Made by a program: the position numbers and the translations under genes
Origin: an uncultured Trueperaceae bacterium
GTDB taxonomy: Bacteria > Deinococcota > Deinococci > Deinococcales > Trueperaceae
Direction of reading: 5' to 3'
Length of the DNA: 64,000 nt
Assembly: GCA_963727505.1 (NCBI GenBank)
Contig: CAVSGP010000009.1
Coordinates: 256,001-320,000, forward strand
Notes under the pieces: model-generated
Told to the model about the DNA's origin: nothing
What the model saw: the letters and a program-made list of their open reading frames with translations, nothing else
Database searches by the model: none
In this document: positions 1 through 8,958 of the stretch, piece after piece
How positions within the stretch are numbered: position 1 is the stretch's first letter
How the letters are laid out: the number at the start of each line of letters is the position of its first letter

Positions 1-2
1 TG

Positions 3-617
3 TTCGTGGGCATCGTGACGGTCGTGTCCTCGATGCTGCTGGGCGTGCTCATGGGCCTGTTGGCCGGTTACTACGGCGGCTGGCTCGACACCATCATCAT
101 GCGCTACATCGATCTCCAGTGGGCGTTCCCCAACTTCATCATCGCCGTGTACCTGGTGGCCGTCTTCGGCACCGGCCTCAGCAACGTCATCATCGCCGTG
201 GCGCTGGCTTTCCTGGACGACTTCGCGCGGATCGCACGGGGCATGGTGCTGACCGTCCGGGAGCGCGATTACGTGGAGGCCGCGCGGGCGTTGGGAGCGT
301 CGGACGTGCGGTTGATGCTACGCCACATCCTGCCGAACTCCATGGCACCGCTCATCGTCCAGGCGACCGTCAGCGTGTCCTACGCCATCCTGGCGGAGGC
401 CAGCCTCAGCTTCCTGGGACTCGGTGTGAAGGCGTCGACGCCCACCTGGGGGCTCATCCTCAGCGATGCCCGCAGCTTCATCAGCCGCGCCTGGTGGCTC
501 GGCATCTTCCCGGGGCTCGCCATCATGATCACGGTGCTGACCATCAACTTCTTCGGGGACTACCTTCGTGACTTGTTCGACGTGCGCGAGACGAGTGTGG
601 AAGGGGAGGGAGCGTGA
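3..617 (+). CDS. Peptide/nickel ABC transporter permease (DppC/OppC family), 5' truncated by window edge
   Basis: Hydrophobic helices, EAA loop 'YVEAARALGAS', 'HILPN', 'EASLSFLGLG...PTWG'; frame open to window start. Confidence 0.9.
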   Translation, partial: FVGIVTVVSSMLLGVLMGLLAGYYGGWLDTIIMRYIDLQWAFPNFIIAVYLVAVFGTGLSNVIIAVALAFLDDFARIARGMVLTVRERDYVEAARALGASDVRLMLRHILPNSMAPLIVQATVSVSYAILAEASLSFLGLGVKASTPTWGLILSDARSFISRAWWLGIFPGLAIMITVLTINFFGDYLRDLFDVRETSVEGEGA

Positions 618-689
618 CGGTCGGCAGGCGATCGCGCCAGCATCGGGGTCCGGGCGCTCGCGCCCGGCGGGGACGGTAGACTCGGCATC

Positions 690-1232
690 ATGCGGCTCTT
701 CCAACTGTTCTGGTCGTTCGCCAAGGTCGGGCTTTTCGGCTTCGGCGGCGGTCCCTCGATGATCCCCCTCATCCAGGAGGAGGTCGTCGAGGTGCAGCAC
801 TGGCTCACCAAGGACGAGTTCCTCGACGCCTTCGCCTTCGGCAATTCGCTGCCGGGTCCCATCGCCACCAAGATGGCTGGGTACGTCGGCTTCAAGGTGT
901 CGGGTTGGCCCGGCGCGGCGATGGGGCTCATCGGGGTCGCGGTGCCCACCATCATCGCGATGATCGCGCTCGGCAGCCTCTACCTGCGCTACCGCAACAA
1001 CCCCGTGTTCGAGCACTTCCTTCGGGGAGTGCGCCCGGTGGTGATCGCGCTCCTGGCCCTGGTCGTGTGGGAATTCGCTCCCCGCGCGTTCGGCATGCCC
1101 CCGCAGTGGCTGAAGAACTGGTCGCTGTGGCTGCTGGCCGCCGGCGCGTTCTTCCTCTCCATCCGTTTCAACGTGCACCCGGCGCTGCTGATCGTGGCCG
1201 GTGGGCTGTTGGGGATCTTCGTGATCCACTAG
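690..1232 (+). CDS. Short-chain chromate ion transporter (CHR family)
   Basis: 'FAKVGLFGFGGG', 'LPGPIA' CHR motifs; single ~180-aa domain; TAGACT -10 7 nt upstream of ATG. Confidence 0.85.
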   Translation: MRLFQLFWSFAKVGLFGFGGGPSMIPLIQEEVVEVQHWLTKDEFLDAFAFGNSLPGPIATKMAGYVGFKVSGWPGAAMGLIGVAVPTIIAMIALGSLYLRYRNNPVFEHFLRGVRPVVIALLALVVWEFAPRAFGMPPQWLKNWSLWLLAAGAFFLSIRFNVHPALLIVAGGLLGIFVIH

Positions 1233-1381
1233 GGTCGAGGCGTGGGGGGCGATGCGGGGGTAGGTGATTCACCCGCCATCCCCTCGCCGGGGCGACGGGT
1301 AGACTGCCCGGACTGCGGCGGGACCGTCGTCGGGACGATCGCGTCGCGCCGGCATGCCGGCCGGCAGGGAAGGAGGCCGCC

Positions 1382-1828
1382 ATGGCCACAGCCAATATCG
1401 GCGATACCGTACGCGTCCATTACACAGGACGCCTCGACGACGGCACCGTCTTCGATTCCTCTCGCGAGCGCGAACCCCTCGAGTTCACCGTGGGTACCGG
1501 ACAGGTGATCTCCGGTTTCGAACGTGCGGTCGAAGGGATGGAGGTCGGCGAGGCGCGTGAAGCGCGCATCGAAGCCGACGACGCCTACGGGGAGCGGCGC
1601 GACGACCTCGTGCTCGACCTACCCAAGGAGCAGGTCCCCGAGGACATGGAGATCGCGCCGGGCATGCGGCTCGAGCTGCGCCAGCCCGATGGGCAGGCCG
1701 TGCCCGTCACCGTTGCCGAGGTGGGTGAGGAGAGCGTCACGCTCGACGCCAACCACCCGCTGGCGGGTCAGCCGTTGACGTTCGAGCTCGAGCTCGTTGA
1801 GATCGAGGGCGGCTCCGCCCAGCAGTGA
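1382..1828 (+). CDS. FKBP-type peptidyl-prolyl cis-trans isomerase (SlyD/SlpA-like)
   Basis: 'VRVHYTGRLDDGTVFDSS', 'LDANHPLAG'; RBS AGGAGG; no His-rich tail. Confidence 0.92.
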   Translation: MATANIGDTVRVHYTGRLDDGTVFDSSREREPLEFTVGTGQVISGFERAVEGMEVGEAREARIEADDAYGERRDDLVLDLPKEQVPEDMEIAPGMRLELRQPDGQAVPVTVAEVGEESVTLDANHPLAGQPLTFELELVEIEGGSAQQ

Positions 1829-2213
1829 TCCCGTGCGTCGGGCGCATCCGCGTCGTCGAGGCCGCCGCAGCAGATGGGCTTACGCGCTGCGCGCGTGTCA
1901 CGACGATGGATGGCGCTTGCGCTTCAACGACCGCTTGCGCTTCCACGACGGGGTGACGCGCCGCGGCAACGCGGTGTTCCCTGCGCGCGCCGGTCGGGAT
2001 GCGCTCACGGTCGAGATGGAAGCCGCCGAGTCGTTCTACGAGGCGCGCGACAGCATGGCCAGCTTCCAGGTCAGGGTGGTCTCGCGTCCGCCCGGCCTGC
2101 GTCGTGACAAGGACGCTCGCGACCCGGCGTGCGTGCGACGGCTGGGAGACGCCATCCTGACGGAGTCGGTCCGGATGGAAACGTCGCTCGTGACGAGTGT
2201 GGCTCGTGACTAG
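1797..2213 (+). other. Doubtful ORF or gene remnant between FKBP gene and mreB
   Basis: 138-aa ORF with no recognisable motif or good start; contains an 18-bp tandem duplication at ~1914-1949. Confidence 0.2.
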
Positions 2214-3220
2214 TAACGCAGCACGGTGCTGCGCGCGTCCTGCAGAACGTGCGACATGTCGAGCGCCTTGGCCGTCCCCAGCACCACGCAGTCCTCCGGC
2301 GTCTCGGCCACCGCGACCGGGATGTTGGTCACGCGCCTGAGGAAGGCATCGAGGTCGCGAAGCTTGGCGCCGCCCCCCGTCATCACGATGCCGCGTTCGA
2401 TCACGTCCGAGACCAGCTCGGGGGGTGCGTGCTCGAGAACCTTTCGCACGCCCGCAGCGATCTTGTCCAGCGATCCACTCAGGCTCCGCACGACGTCCTC
2501 GGTGGTGATGGTCACGCTCTTGGGCATGCCGTCGATCAGGTCGCGGCCGCGCACCTCCATGGTGCGCTCCTCCTCGTCCGAGGAGATCACCGCGGCGCCG
2601 ACCGTGCGCTTGATCTCTTCGGCGGTACGGTCGCCGATGAGCAGGTTGTGTTGAGCCTTCACGAAGGCCATGAGGTCGCGGTCGAAGGTGTTGCCGGCGA
2701 TACGCAGGCTCTCGGAGACCACGATGCCGCCCATGCTGATGATGGCGATGTCGGTGGTGCCGCCGCCGATGTCGATGACCATCGAGCCGACCGGATCGGC
2801 GATGTTGACGCCCGCGCCGATGGCGCCGGCCACCGGCTCCTCGATCAGGAAGGCCTTGCGCGCCCCGATCTCATTGACCGCCTGGAGCACGGCGCGCTTC
2901 TCGACCTCGGTGATGCCGCTGGGGATGCAGACCATGATGTTGGGACGCAGCAGACGGTTGGCGCCGGTCAGGACCTTCGAGATGAAGGCCTTGAGCATCT
3001 TCTCGGTGAGGGTGTAGTCGGCGATGACGCCGTCGGCCATGGGCCTCACGGCGGTGATGTTGCCCGGTGTCCGACCGAGCATGCGGTAGGCGTCCTGACC
3101 GACGGCCTTGACGTCGGTGGTGCCCTTGACGACCGCGATCACGGCGGGCTCGCGGAGCATCACGCCCTTGCCCTTGACATGGATGCGGACGTTGGTGGTA
3201 CCCAGGTCTACGCCGATCAT
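2210..3220 (-). CDS. mreB: Rod shape-determining protein MreB (paralog 1)
   Basis: 'IGVDLGT', 'RTPGNI', 'DIGGGTTD', 'MTGGGA' actin-like ATPase motifs. Confidence 0.95.
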   Translation of the reverse strand: MIGVDLGTTNVRIHVKGKGVMLREPAVIAVVKGTTDVKAVGQDAYRMLGRTPGNITAVRPMADGVIADYTLTEKMLKAFISKVLTGANRLLRPNIMVCIPSGITEVEKRAVLQAVNEIGARKAFLIEEPVAGAIGAGVNIADPVGSMVIDIGGGTTDIAIISMGGIVVSESLRIAGNTFDRDLMAFVKAQHNLLIGDRTAEEIKRTVGAAVISSDEEERTMEVRGRDLIDGMPKSVTITTEDVVRSLSGSLDKIAAGVRKVLEHAPPELVSDVIERGIVMTGGGAKLRDLDAFLRRVTNIPVAVAETPEDCVVLGTAKALDMSHVLQDARSTVLRY

Positions 3221-3314
3221 GGCGCTACGCTAACAGGTCTGTGTGAGGGCCGTGCGAAGGAGGGCGGGCAGCACGACGGGCACGCGCGTTAGCATGAGGC
3301 GCGAGGAGGCCCGC

Positions 3315-4319
3315 ATGAAGGCGATCGTGGTTGGCGAAGGCGGCGAGCTCGCGTACCGCGAGGTACCGGAACCGGCCCTGAGGCCCGGCGAGGTGATGGT
3401 CGACGTCCATGCCACGGCGCTCAACCGCGCCGACTTGTCGCAACGGGCAGGGCACTACCCTCCGCCCCAGGGGGAGAGTGAGATCCTGGGCCTCGAGGTG
3501 GCGGGCGTCGTGCGTGAGGTACCCGGGGGCGTGCACGGGGTGCACGCCGGGGACCGGGTCTGTGCCCTGTTGCCCGGCGGCGGATACGCCGAGCGCGTGG
3601 CGGTCCCGGCGGGCATGCTGATGCCGGTGCCCGAGGGCTGGAGCTTCGCCCAGGCGGCCGCCCTGCCGGAGGCTGCGTTCACCGCCTTCCTCAACCTCTT
3701 CCTGGAGGCGGGGCTGCGTGCCGGCGAACGCGTGCTCATCCATGGGGGTGCTAGCGGCGTCGGAACGGCAGCCATCCAGCAGGCCGTCCTCGCCGGCGCT
3801 GCGGTCTACACCACGGCCGGCAGCGACGAGAAGGTGGCGGCCTGCCGCGACCTCGGCGCCGAGCTCGCCATCCCTTACCGGCAGCGGGACTTCGCCGAGG
3901 TCATCCAGGAGCACGTCGGCGTCGGCGCTGGCGACGGCTGCGTCGACGTCATCCTCGACATGGTTGGCGAAGCCTACTTCGAGCGCAACCTCGAGCTCCT
4001 GCGCCTCGGTGGGCGCATGGTGTTCATCGCCACGCTCAGCGGCCGCCAGGCGAGCTTCGACATCCGCCGGCTGATGGCGAAACGGGCGACGCTGAAGGGG
4101 TCGACGCTCCGCTCCCGTCCGCCGGGCGAGAAGGTGCGCATCCGCGAGGCCTTCGAGGAGCGCTTCGGGCAGGCGCTGGCCGAGGGGCGTCTCGACCCTG
4201 TCATCGACAGCGTCGTTCCGATCGAGCGGGCCGCCGAGGCGCACGAGCGCATGCAGGCCAACCGCAACATCGGCAAGATCGTGCTGCTGGTGCGCGAAGG
4301 GGCGGAGCGCTCGGCCTGA
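3315..4319 (+). CDS. NAD(P)H:quinone oxidoreductase, PIG3/zeta-crystallin family
   Basis: 'LNRADL', 'LGLEVAG', 'HGGASGVG', 'GKIVL'; GAGGAGG RBS before ATG 3315. Confidence 0.9.
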   Translation: MKAIVVGEGGELAYREVPEPALRPGEVMVDVHATALNRADLSQRAGHYPPPQGESEILGLEVAGVVREVPGGVHGVHAGDRVCALLPGGGYAERVAVPAGMLMPVPEGWSFAQAAALPEAAFTAFLNLFLEAGLRAGERVLIHGGASGVGTAAIQQAVLAGAAVYTTAGSDEKVAACRDLGAELAIPYRQRDFAEVIQEHVGVGAGDGCVDVILDMVGEAYFERNLELLRLGGRMVFIATLSGRQASFDIRRLMAKRATLKGSTLRSRPPGEKVRIREAFEERFGQALAEGRLDPVIDSVVPIERAAEAHERMQANRNIGKIVLLVREGAERSA

Positions 4320-4342
4320 GGAACCCCGCGCCGTGAGACGGC

Positions 4343-4424
4343 GCCACAGGGACGCGGCCACAGGGACGCTGCTAACAGAGACGCTGCCAACAGAGACGCG
4401 GCTGCAGAGCCGCGGCCACAAAGG
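4343..4424. repeat. Degenerate 14-15-bp tandem repeat (~6 units, GCCACAGGGACGCG-like)
   Basis: gccacagggacgcg/gccacagggacgct/gctaacagagacgct/gccaacagagacgcg/gctgcagagccgcg/gccacaaagg. Confidence 0.8.
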
Positions 4425-4552
4425 AACCTTGAGAGCAACCTCGCAGGGGGGCAGCGGAAGCGAGACGACCCTCAAAGTTCTCCTCGAGGTTAGCAGGGGG
4501 GTCGCGGAGCACAGCTGCCCACGCCACCATTGGCCGGTCGGTTGTGGGCAAC
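4398..4552. ncRNA. Candidate structured non-coding RNA, family unknown
   Basis: Several complementary segments (4424-4435/4469-4480; 4437-4443/4485-4491; 4410-4417/4499-4506; TGCCCAC/GTGGGCA) in a ~280-bp intergenic region. Confidence 0.3.
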
Positions 4553-4600
4553 CTTCCCGGGCGGGACCGGTTCGAGCGGCCCCACGTATACTGAGCGCGC

Positions 4601-5329
4601 ATGTCACGCGCCCCCTTTACGGCCCTGGCAGAGGTATACGACGCCATCATGGCCGACGTCGAGTACGACGACTGGGCCGCTTTCATCCTGCAGCTGGCGC
4701 GCGAGCGCGGCTGGCAGGGGGGCGAAGCACTGGATGTGGGCTGCGGCACCGGCAACGCCACCGTCCCGATGCGGGCGCTCGGCGTCGAGGTGTCCGGCCT
4801 CGACGGTTCGGAGGCCATGCTTCGAGTGGCTGAACGCAAACTCCCGTCGGTGCGCTTCTACTGCAGCGACTTCCGCACCATGCAGCTCCCCCAGCGCTTC
4901 ACCCTGGTCTACTCGGTGTTCGACGCCCTGAACAACCTGCTCGAGCCCAGCGGCTTCGAGGCGATGGCCCGCCGCGTGTTCGACCACCTCTTACCCGGCG
5001 GTCTCTTCATCTTCGACGTCAACACCACGGTCGGGCTCCGCGACCTGTGGGAGGGGGGCCGCGTGGAGGGCTGGGCCGACGAGGTGTACTACCGTTGGGT
5101 CCACTCCTTCGACGAGGCCACTGCGCTCGCGAAGGTCGAGGCCTTCTGCGAGACAGAGCACGGCACCTTCACGGAGGTCCACTACGAGCGGCCCTACGAC
5201 CCCCCGGAGGCGACGCGGTTGCTCGAGGCGGCGGGATTCACGGGCGTGGAGGCACTCAGCTATCCCAGCGGTGAGCCCGCGCCGGACGACGCGGCCCGCG
5301 TGTGGATGGTCGCTCGCCGCGCCGTTTGA
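4601..5329 (+). CDS. Class I SAM-dependent methyltransferase
   Basis: 'ALDVGCGTG' motif I, 'LLPGGLFIFD'; TATACT 8 nt upstream. Confidence 0.9.
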   Translation: MSRAPFTALAEVYDAIMADVEYDDWAAFILQLARERGWQGGEALDVGCGTGNATVPMRALGVEVSGLDGSEAMLRVAERKLPSVRFYCSDFRTMQLPQRFTLVYSVFDALNNLLEPSGFEAMARRVFDHLLPGGLFIFDVNTTVGLRDLWEGGRVEGWADEVYYRWVHSFDEATALAKVEAFCETEHGTFTEVHYERPYDPPEATRLLEAAGFTGVEALSYPSGEPAPDDAARVWMVARRAV

Positions 5330-5381
5330 GGGCGTTCGTTCGGGCGGCGCCGGCCCGTTCCGATGGAACGCCCCCGCTGCA

Positions 5382-5439
5382 GCTGAGCTTTCGCGCTCCG
5401 GCTGAGCGTTCGCGCTCCGGCTGAGCGTTGGCGCTCAGC
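5382..5439. repeat. Three tandem 19-20-bp hairpin-forming repeats between convergent genes
   Basis: gctgagctttcgcgctccg / gctgagcgttcgcgctccg / gctgagcgttggcgctcagc. Confidence 0.8.
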
Positions 5440-6319
5440 CCTCCTCGTCCAGGCCCGCCTGCTGGCGCACGATGCGCGCGATGTTGGAGACGTCCTCGTC
5501 CCCGTAGCCGCGTTTGACCAAACTGGTCTCGAGTTGCTCGACGTAGGCGGCGAGCGGGATGGCGACGCCGAGATCGCGCGCCGACGCCAGCGCGATACCG
5601 AGATCCTTGCGGTGCAGGCGGGTGCGGAATCCCAGCGGGTAGTGGTTGTGGATCATGTTCGGCCCGCGGTTCGTCAGTCCCCACGAGCCGGCGGCGCCGC
5701 CCGACACCGCGGCGTGCGCCGCCTCGATGTCGATGCCCGCGGCCAGCCCGAGCGCCAGACCCTCGGCGATCGCGGCGTAGGTGCCGGCGATGATGACCTG
5801 GTTGATGGCCTTGGTCACCTGGCCGCTGCCGACGGGACCCACGTGGGTCACGGTCGTGCCGAGCGCGTCTAGCACGCTGCGCACGCGCTCCAGGACGGCC
5901 TTGTCTCCGCCCACCATGATGGAGAGCGTGCCGCGCGCCGCGCCCTCGCTCCCACCGGACACCGGGGCGTCCAGCATGGCCACGCCGTGATCCTCGAGCG
6001 CAGCGGCGATCAGCCGGGTGGTGGCGGGGCTGATGGTGCTCATGTCGACGAGCACCGAGCCCGCCTCCATACCCTCGACCGCCCCCTCCTCGCCCAGCAC
6101 CACGGCCTGCACGTCGGGCGTGTCGCTCACCATGATGATGACCAGCTCGCGGTCACGGGCGCACTCGCGGGGGGTGGTAGCGCGGTGGGCGCCGAGCGTT
6201 TCCAGCGCTTCCTCGCGCTGGCGTGTGCGGTTGTGCACGGTGACGTCGTGTCCTGCTTCGAGCAGGCGGCGCGCCATCGGCGCGCCCATGGTGCCCAGTC
6301 CGATGAATCCGATCCTCAT
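5435..6319 (-). CDS. NAD(P)-dependent beta-hydroxyacid dehydrogenase (3-hydroxyisobutyrate dehydrogenase/tartronate semialdehyde reductase family)
   Basis: 'MRIGFIGLGTMG', 'DAPVSGG', 'GSGQVTKAINQ', 'KDLGIA'; ATGA overlap with acuC stop. Confidence 0.9.
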   Translation of the reverse strand: MRIGFIGLGTMGAPMARRLLEAGHDVTVHNRTRQREEALETLGAHRATTPRECARDRELVIIMVSDTPDVQAVVLGEEGAVEGMEAGSVLVDMSTISPATTRLIAAALEDHGVAMLDAPVSGGSEGAARGTLSIMVGGDKAVLERVRSVLDALGTTVTHVGPVGSGQVTKAINQVIIAGTYAAIAEGLALGLAAGIDIEAAHAAVSGGAAGSWGLTNRGPNMIHNHYPLGFRTRLHRKDLGIALASARDLGVAIPLAAYVEQLETSLVKRGYGDEDVSNIARIVRQQAGLDEEG

Positions 6320-7560
6320 GGGGAGTCCTCCCGATCCTCGCCGGCGCGTTCGGGATGCGCGCCGCGGTCGTTCCAGATGGTCTCGAGCACGTCCATGAGC
6401 CGCGAGGCCACGGCCCGATTGTGTGAGCTTACCGTGGTGCGGCGGGGCACCGGCGTCCAGACGGAGGGATCGTCCACCATGCGGTCCGGGAGGGCGACGG
6501 GGCTCCTTGACGCCCAGCGCTCGTGCCACGCCGCGGGAACGTGCTCGGGCAGCTCCTGGCCGGTGATGGCGGCCCATAGCAGCGCCCAGGCGCGCGGAGC
6601 GGTCCGGTACGGGTCGTAGCCTCCGCCGCCGGTGGCCACCAGCCGCCCGCCCGTGAAGCGTTCGCTCAGCTCCACCACCCGGCGGTAGCTCGCACCCATG
6701 GCAGCCAGGCTCAGGTTGAGGTCGGCCAGCGGGTCGTTGCGGTGCATGTCGGCGCCGGCCTGGAGAACGATCAGGTCGGGCTGGAAGACCTCGATCGCGC
6801 GCGGCACCACCATCTCGAAGACGTCGAGGAAGGAGGCGTCCTCGGTGAAGGGCTCGAGCGGCATGTTGACGGACGTGCCGCGGCCCGGGCCGCGGCCCGT
6901 CTCGTAGGTGTGCCCCGTTCCCGGGAACAGGTAGCGACCCGACTCGTGCAGGCTGATGGTCATGACGTCGGGGGAGTCGTAGAACAGCCACTGCACCCCG
7001 TCACCGTGGTGGACGTCGAGGTCGATGTAGGCCACGCGCAGGCCGTGCGCGTCGACAGCACGCCGGATGCCGAGCGCGAGATCGTTGTACACGCAGAATC
7101 CCGACGCCTTGGCGCGCATGGCGTGGTGCAGGCCACCGGCGAGGTTGACCGCGCGACGCGCCTGACCGCTCGCCACCAGCTCCACGGCGGTCACCGTGCC
7201 GCTGCACACGCGGAGCACGGCCTCGTGCATGTTGGGGAAGACGGGATTGTCGCCGGTGCCGATGCCGTAGCTGTACGCCTCGTCCTCCAACTCCCCGTGC
7301 GAGGCGTGACGGACCGCGTCGATGTAGCGCGTGGAGTGAACGCGCGCCAGCTCACGCTCGGGGATGGGCGTGACGCCGGCGTACGCCTCGGGGCTCAGCG
7401 CACCGACGGCCTCGAGCAGGGTGCGGGTGAGCTCGAGCCGCTCCGGGCGGAAGGGGTGCTCGGGGGAGAGCTCGTACTCGGCGAGCAAGGGGTCGTAGAC
7501 GAAGCGCACGCGGTTCGCCGCGGCGCCAGGGTGCCCATTTCCCTTGGCCGAAACGCTCAC
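6316..7560 (-). CDS. acuC: Acetoin utilization protein AcuC (HDAC-family deacetylase)
   Basis: 'GGLHHA', 'GFCVYND', 'DLDVHHGDGVQ', 'GGGGY'; downstream of acuA and acuB. Confidence 0.9.
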   Translation of the reverse strand: MSVSAKGNGHPGAAANRVRFVYDPLLAEYELSPEHPFRPERLELTRTLLEAVGALSPEAYAGVTPIPERELARVHSTRYIDAVRHASHGELEDEAYSYGIGTGDNPVFPNMHEAVLRVCSGTVTAVELVASGQARRAVNLAGGLHHAMRAKASGFCVYNDLALGIRRAVDAHGLRVAYIDLDVHHGDGVQWLFYDSPDVMTISLHESGRYLFPGTGHTYETGRGPGRGTSVNMPLEPFTEDASFLDVFEMVVPRAIEVFQPDLIVLQAGADMHRNDPLADLNLSLAAMGASYRRVVELSERFTGGRLVATGGGGYDPYRTAPRAWALLWAAITGQELPEHVPAAWHERWASRSPVALPDRMVDDPSVWTPVPRRTTVSSHNRAVASRLMDVLETIWNDRGAHPERAGEDREDSP

Positions 7561-8243
7561 GGCTCGCGGGTCTTGTCGACCGGCCAGAGGATCACGAAGC
7601 CCTCGCCCCGCAGGTGCTCGGCAAGCCGGCGGCCGTCGACGGTATTCACGCGCAGCACGAACGTCACGCTCTCGGCGTCGGCGCGCGAGGTCATCACGCT
7701 GGAGACGTTGTGGCGCCGCTCGGCGATGGCCGCGAGCAGCGACGCCAGCGCGCCCGGCCGGTTCGGGACCTCCACCTCGAGCCGGGTGGCGGCCTCGTAC
7801 ACGCCCGACATGCGCACCAGTGCATCGAGCATGTCGATGCCCGTGACGATACCGACCAGATGGTCCCCGTCCATGACGGGCATGGCGCCGATCTTGTTCT
7901 CCCGCAGGGTCTTAGCCGTCTCCTCGATGGGATCCAGGGGGTGCGCGGTCAGGACGGGCGCCACCATCACGTTGCGCACCGGATCGGTGGCCGCAACGCC
8001 GGCGGGGGCCAGAGGGTGGTCCGCGCCGACGAGGCGCAGATCGCGGTCCGACACGATACCCACGAGGCGGTCGATGCCGGCGTCCTCACCCTCCGGCCCC
8101 GTACGAGTGGGCCCCTTCCCGACGTTCTCGAGGATGGGGAAATGGCGGATGTTGCGCTGTTCCATCAGCGCGTTGACGTCGCGGATCGGCATATCCGGGC
8201 CGATGGCGACCACCTGCCGCGTCATGATGTCCTGTACCAGCAT
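7557..8243 (-). CDS. acuB: AcuB (tandem CBS + ACT domain protein)
   Basis: 'MLVQDIMT', 'IRHFPI', 'LVGIVSDRDLR', second CBS, C-terminal ACT 'NRPGALA'. Confidence 0.85.
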   Translation of the reverse strand: MLVQDIMTRQVVAIGPDMPIRDVNALMEQRNIRHFPILENVGKGPTRTGPEGEDAGIDRLVGIVSDRDLRLVGADHPLAPAGVAATDPVRNVMVAPVLTAHPLDPIEETAKTLRENKIGAMPVMDGDHLVGIVTGIDMLDALVRMSGVYEAATRLEVEVPNRPGALASLLAAIAERRHNVSSVMTSRADAESVTFVLRVNTVDGRRLAEHLRGEGFVILWPVDKTREP

Positions 8244-8330
8244 GGTGCCCTCCGAAACCCGAGCCCGCGCCGGGCGCGCCTCGCAAGAATCGTACCCTCT
8301 GGCCGCCGCGCGACGCCGCGCTGCCCGGCC

Positions 8331-8945
8331 TCAGCCGAAGAAGCGGGGGCGGGTCCGGAGGCGGTGGAACTCCTCGACGACCGCCGGGTCGGCGCGCGAG
8401 CCGACCCGCGCCATGAGCTGATTGGCGGAGCTGCTGCGCACCTCGGCGTCGGCGGTGTTGAAGGTCTCGAAGCCGGCGCTGCGGTACAGGCGCTCGAGCA
8501 GGCGTTTGTAGGCGAAATCGTTCAGCCCCGTGCGCTTGAGGTCGTAGTGCCACACGTACATGGTGGCGAACACCACGGTGTCCTCGAAGCGCCCGCCCTC
8601 GAAGCTGCCCGCCAGCAGGCGTTCGGCCAGATGCTGCCCGCGGTAGGGCGGCGCCACCTCTACCGCGCCCAGCTCGATGATCCTGCCGGTGCGGTCCTCC
8701 CCCCACGACTCCACGTCCGAGGGTGGGTGGAAGGCGGCGTAGGCCACCATCCGGTCCTCGTCCACGCCGATGCTGACGCACGACTGGGCGTCGCGCGCGA
8801 TGCCGATGAGGGCCTGGTGCTGCTTCGCGGCCGGACGGAACATGTCGATGGCGGGGTGCGGCTCGAGCGCGGCCAGCGCCTCGGGCGTCAGGCACACCTC
8901 TACGCGGGCCGCCCCGGCGGCCGGGCTGGTGGTGGCCTCGGTCAC
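8331..8945 (-). CDS. acuA: AcuA (GNAT protein acetyltransferase)
   Basis: 'IIELGAVEVAPPYRGQHLA', 'YVWHYDL', 'ANQLMARVG' typical of AcuA; GTG start chosen 13 nt after upstream stop. Confidence 0.85.
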   Translation of the reverse strand: MTEATTSPAAGAARVEVCLTPEALAALEPHPAIDMFRPAAKQHQALIGIARDAQSCVSIGVDEDRMVAYAAFHPPSDVESWGEDRTGRIIELGAVEVAPPYRGQHLAERLLAGSFEGGRFEDTVVFATMYVWHYDLKRTGLNDFAYKRLLERLYRSAGFETFNTADAEVRSSSANQLMARVGSRADPAVVEEFHRLRTRPRFFG

Positions 8946-8958
8946 GAACGTCCCGCGG

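Noticed and set aside
4343..5439. Short repeats at 4343 and 5382 as CRISPR arrays
   Set aside because: Units are contiguous, only 14-20 bp, lack unique spacers, and no cas genes are present
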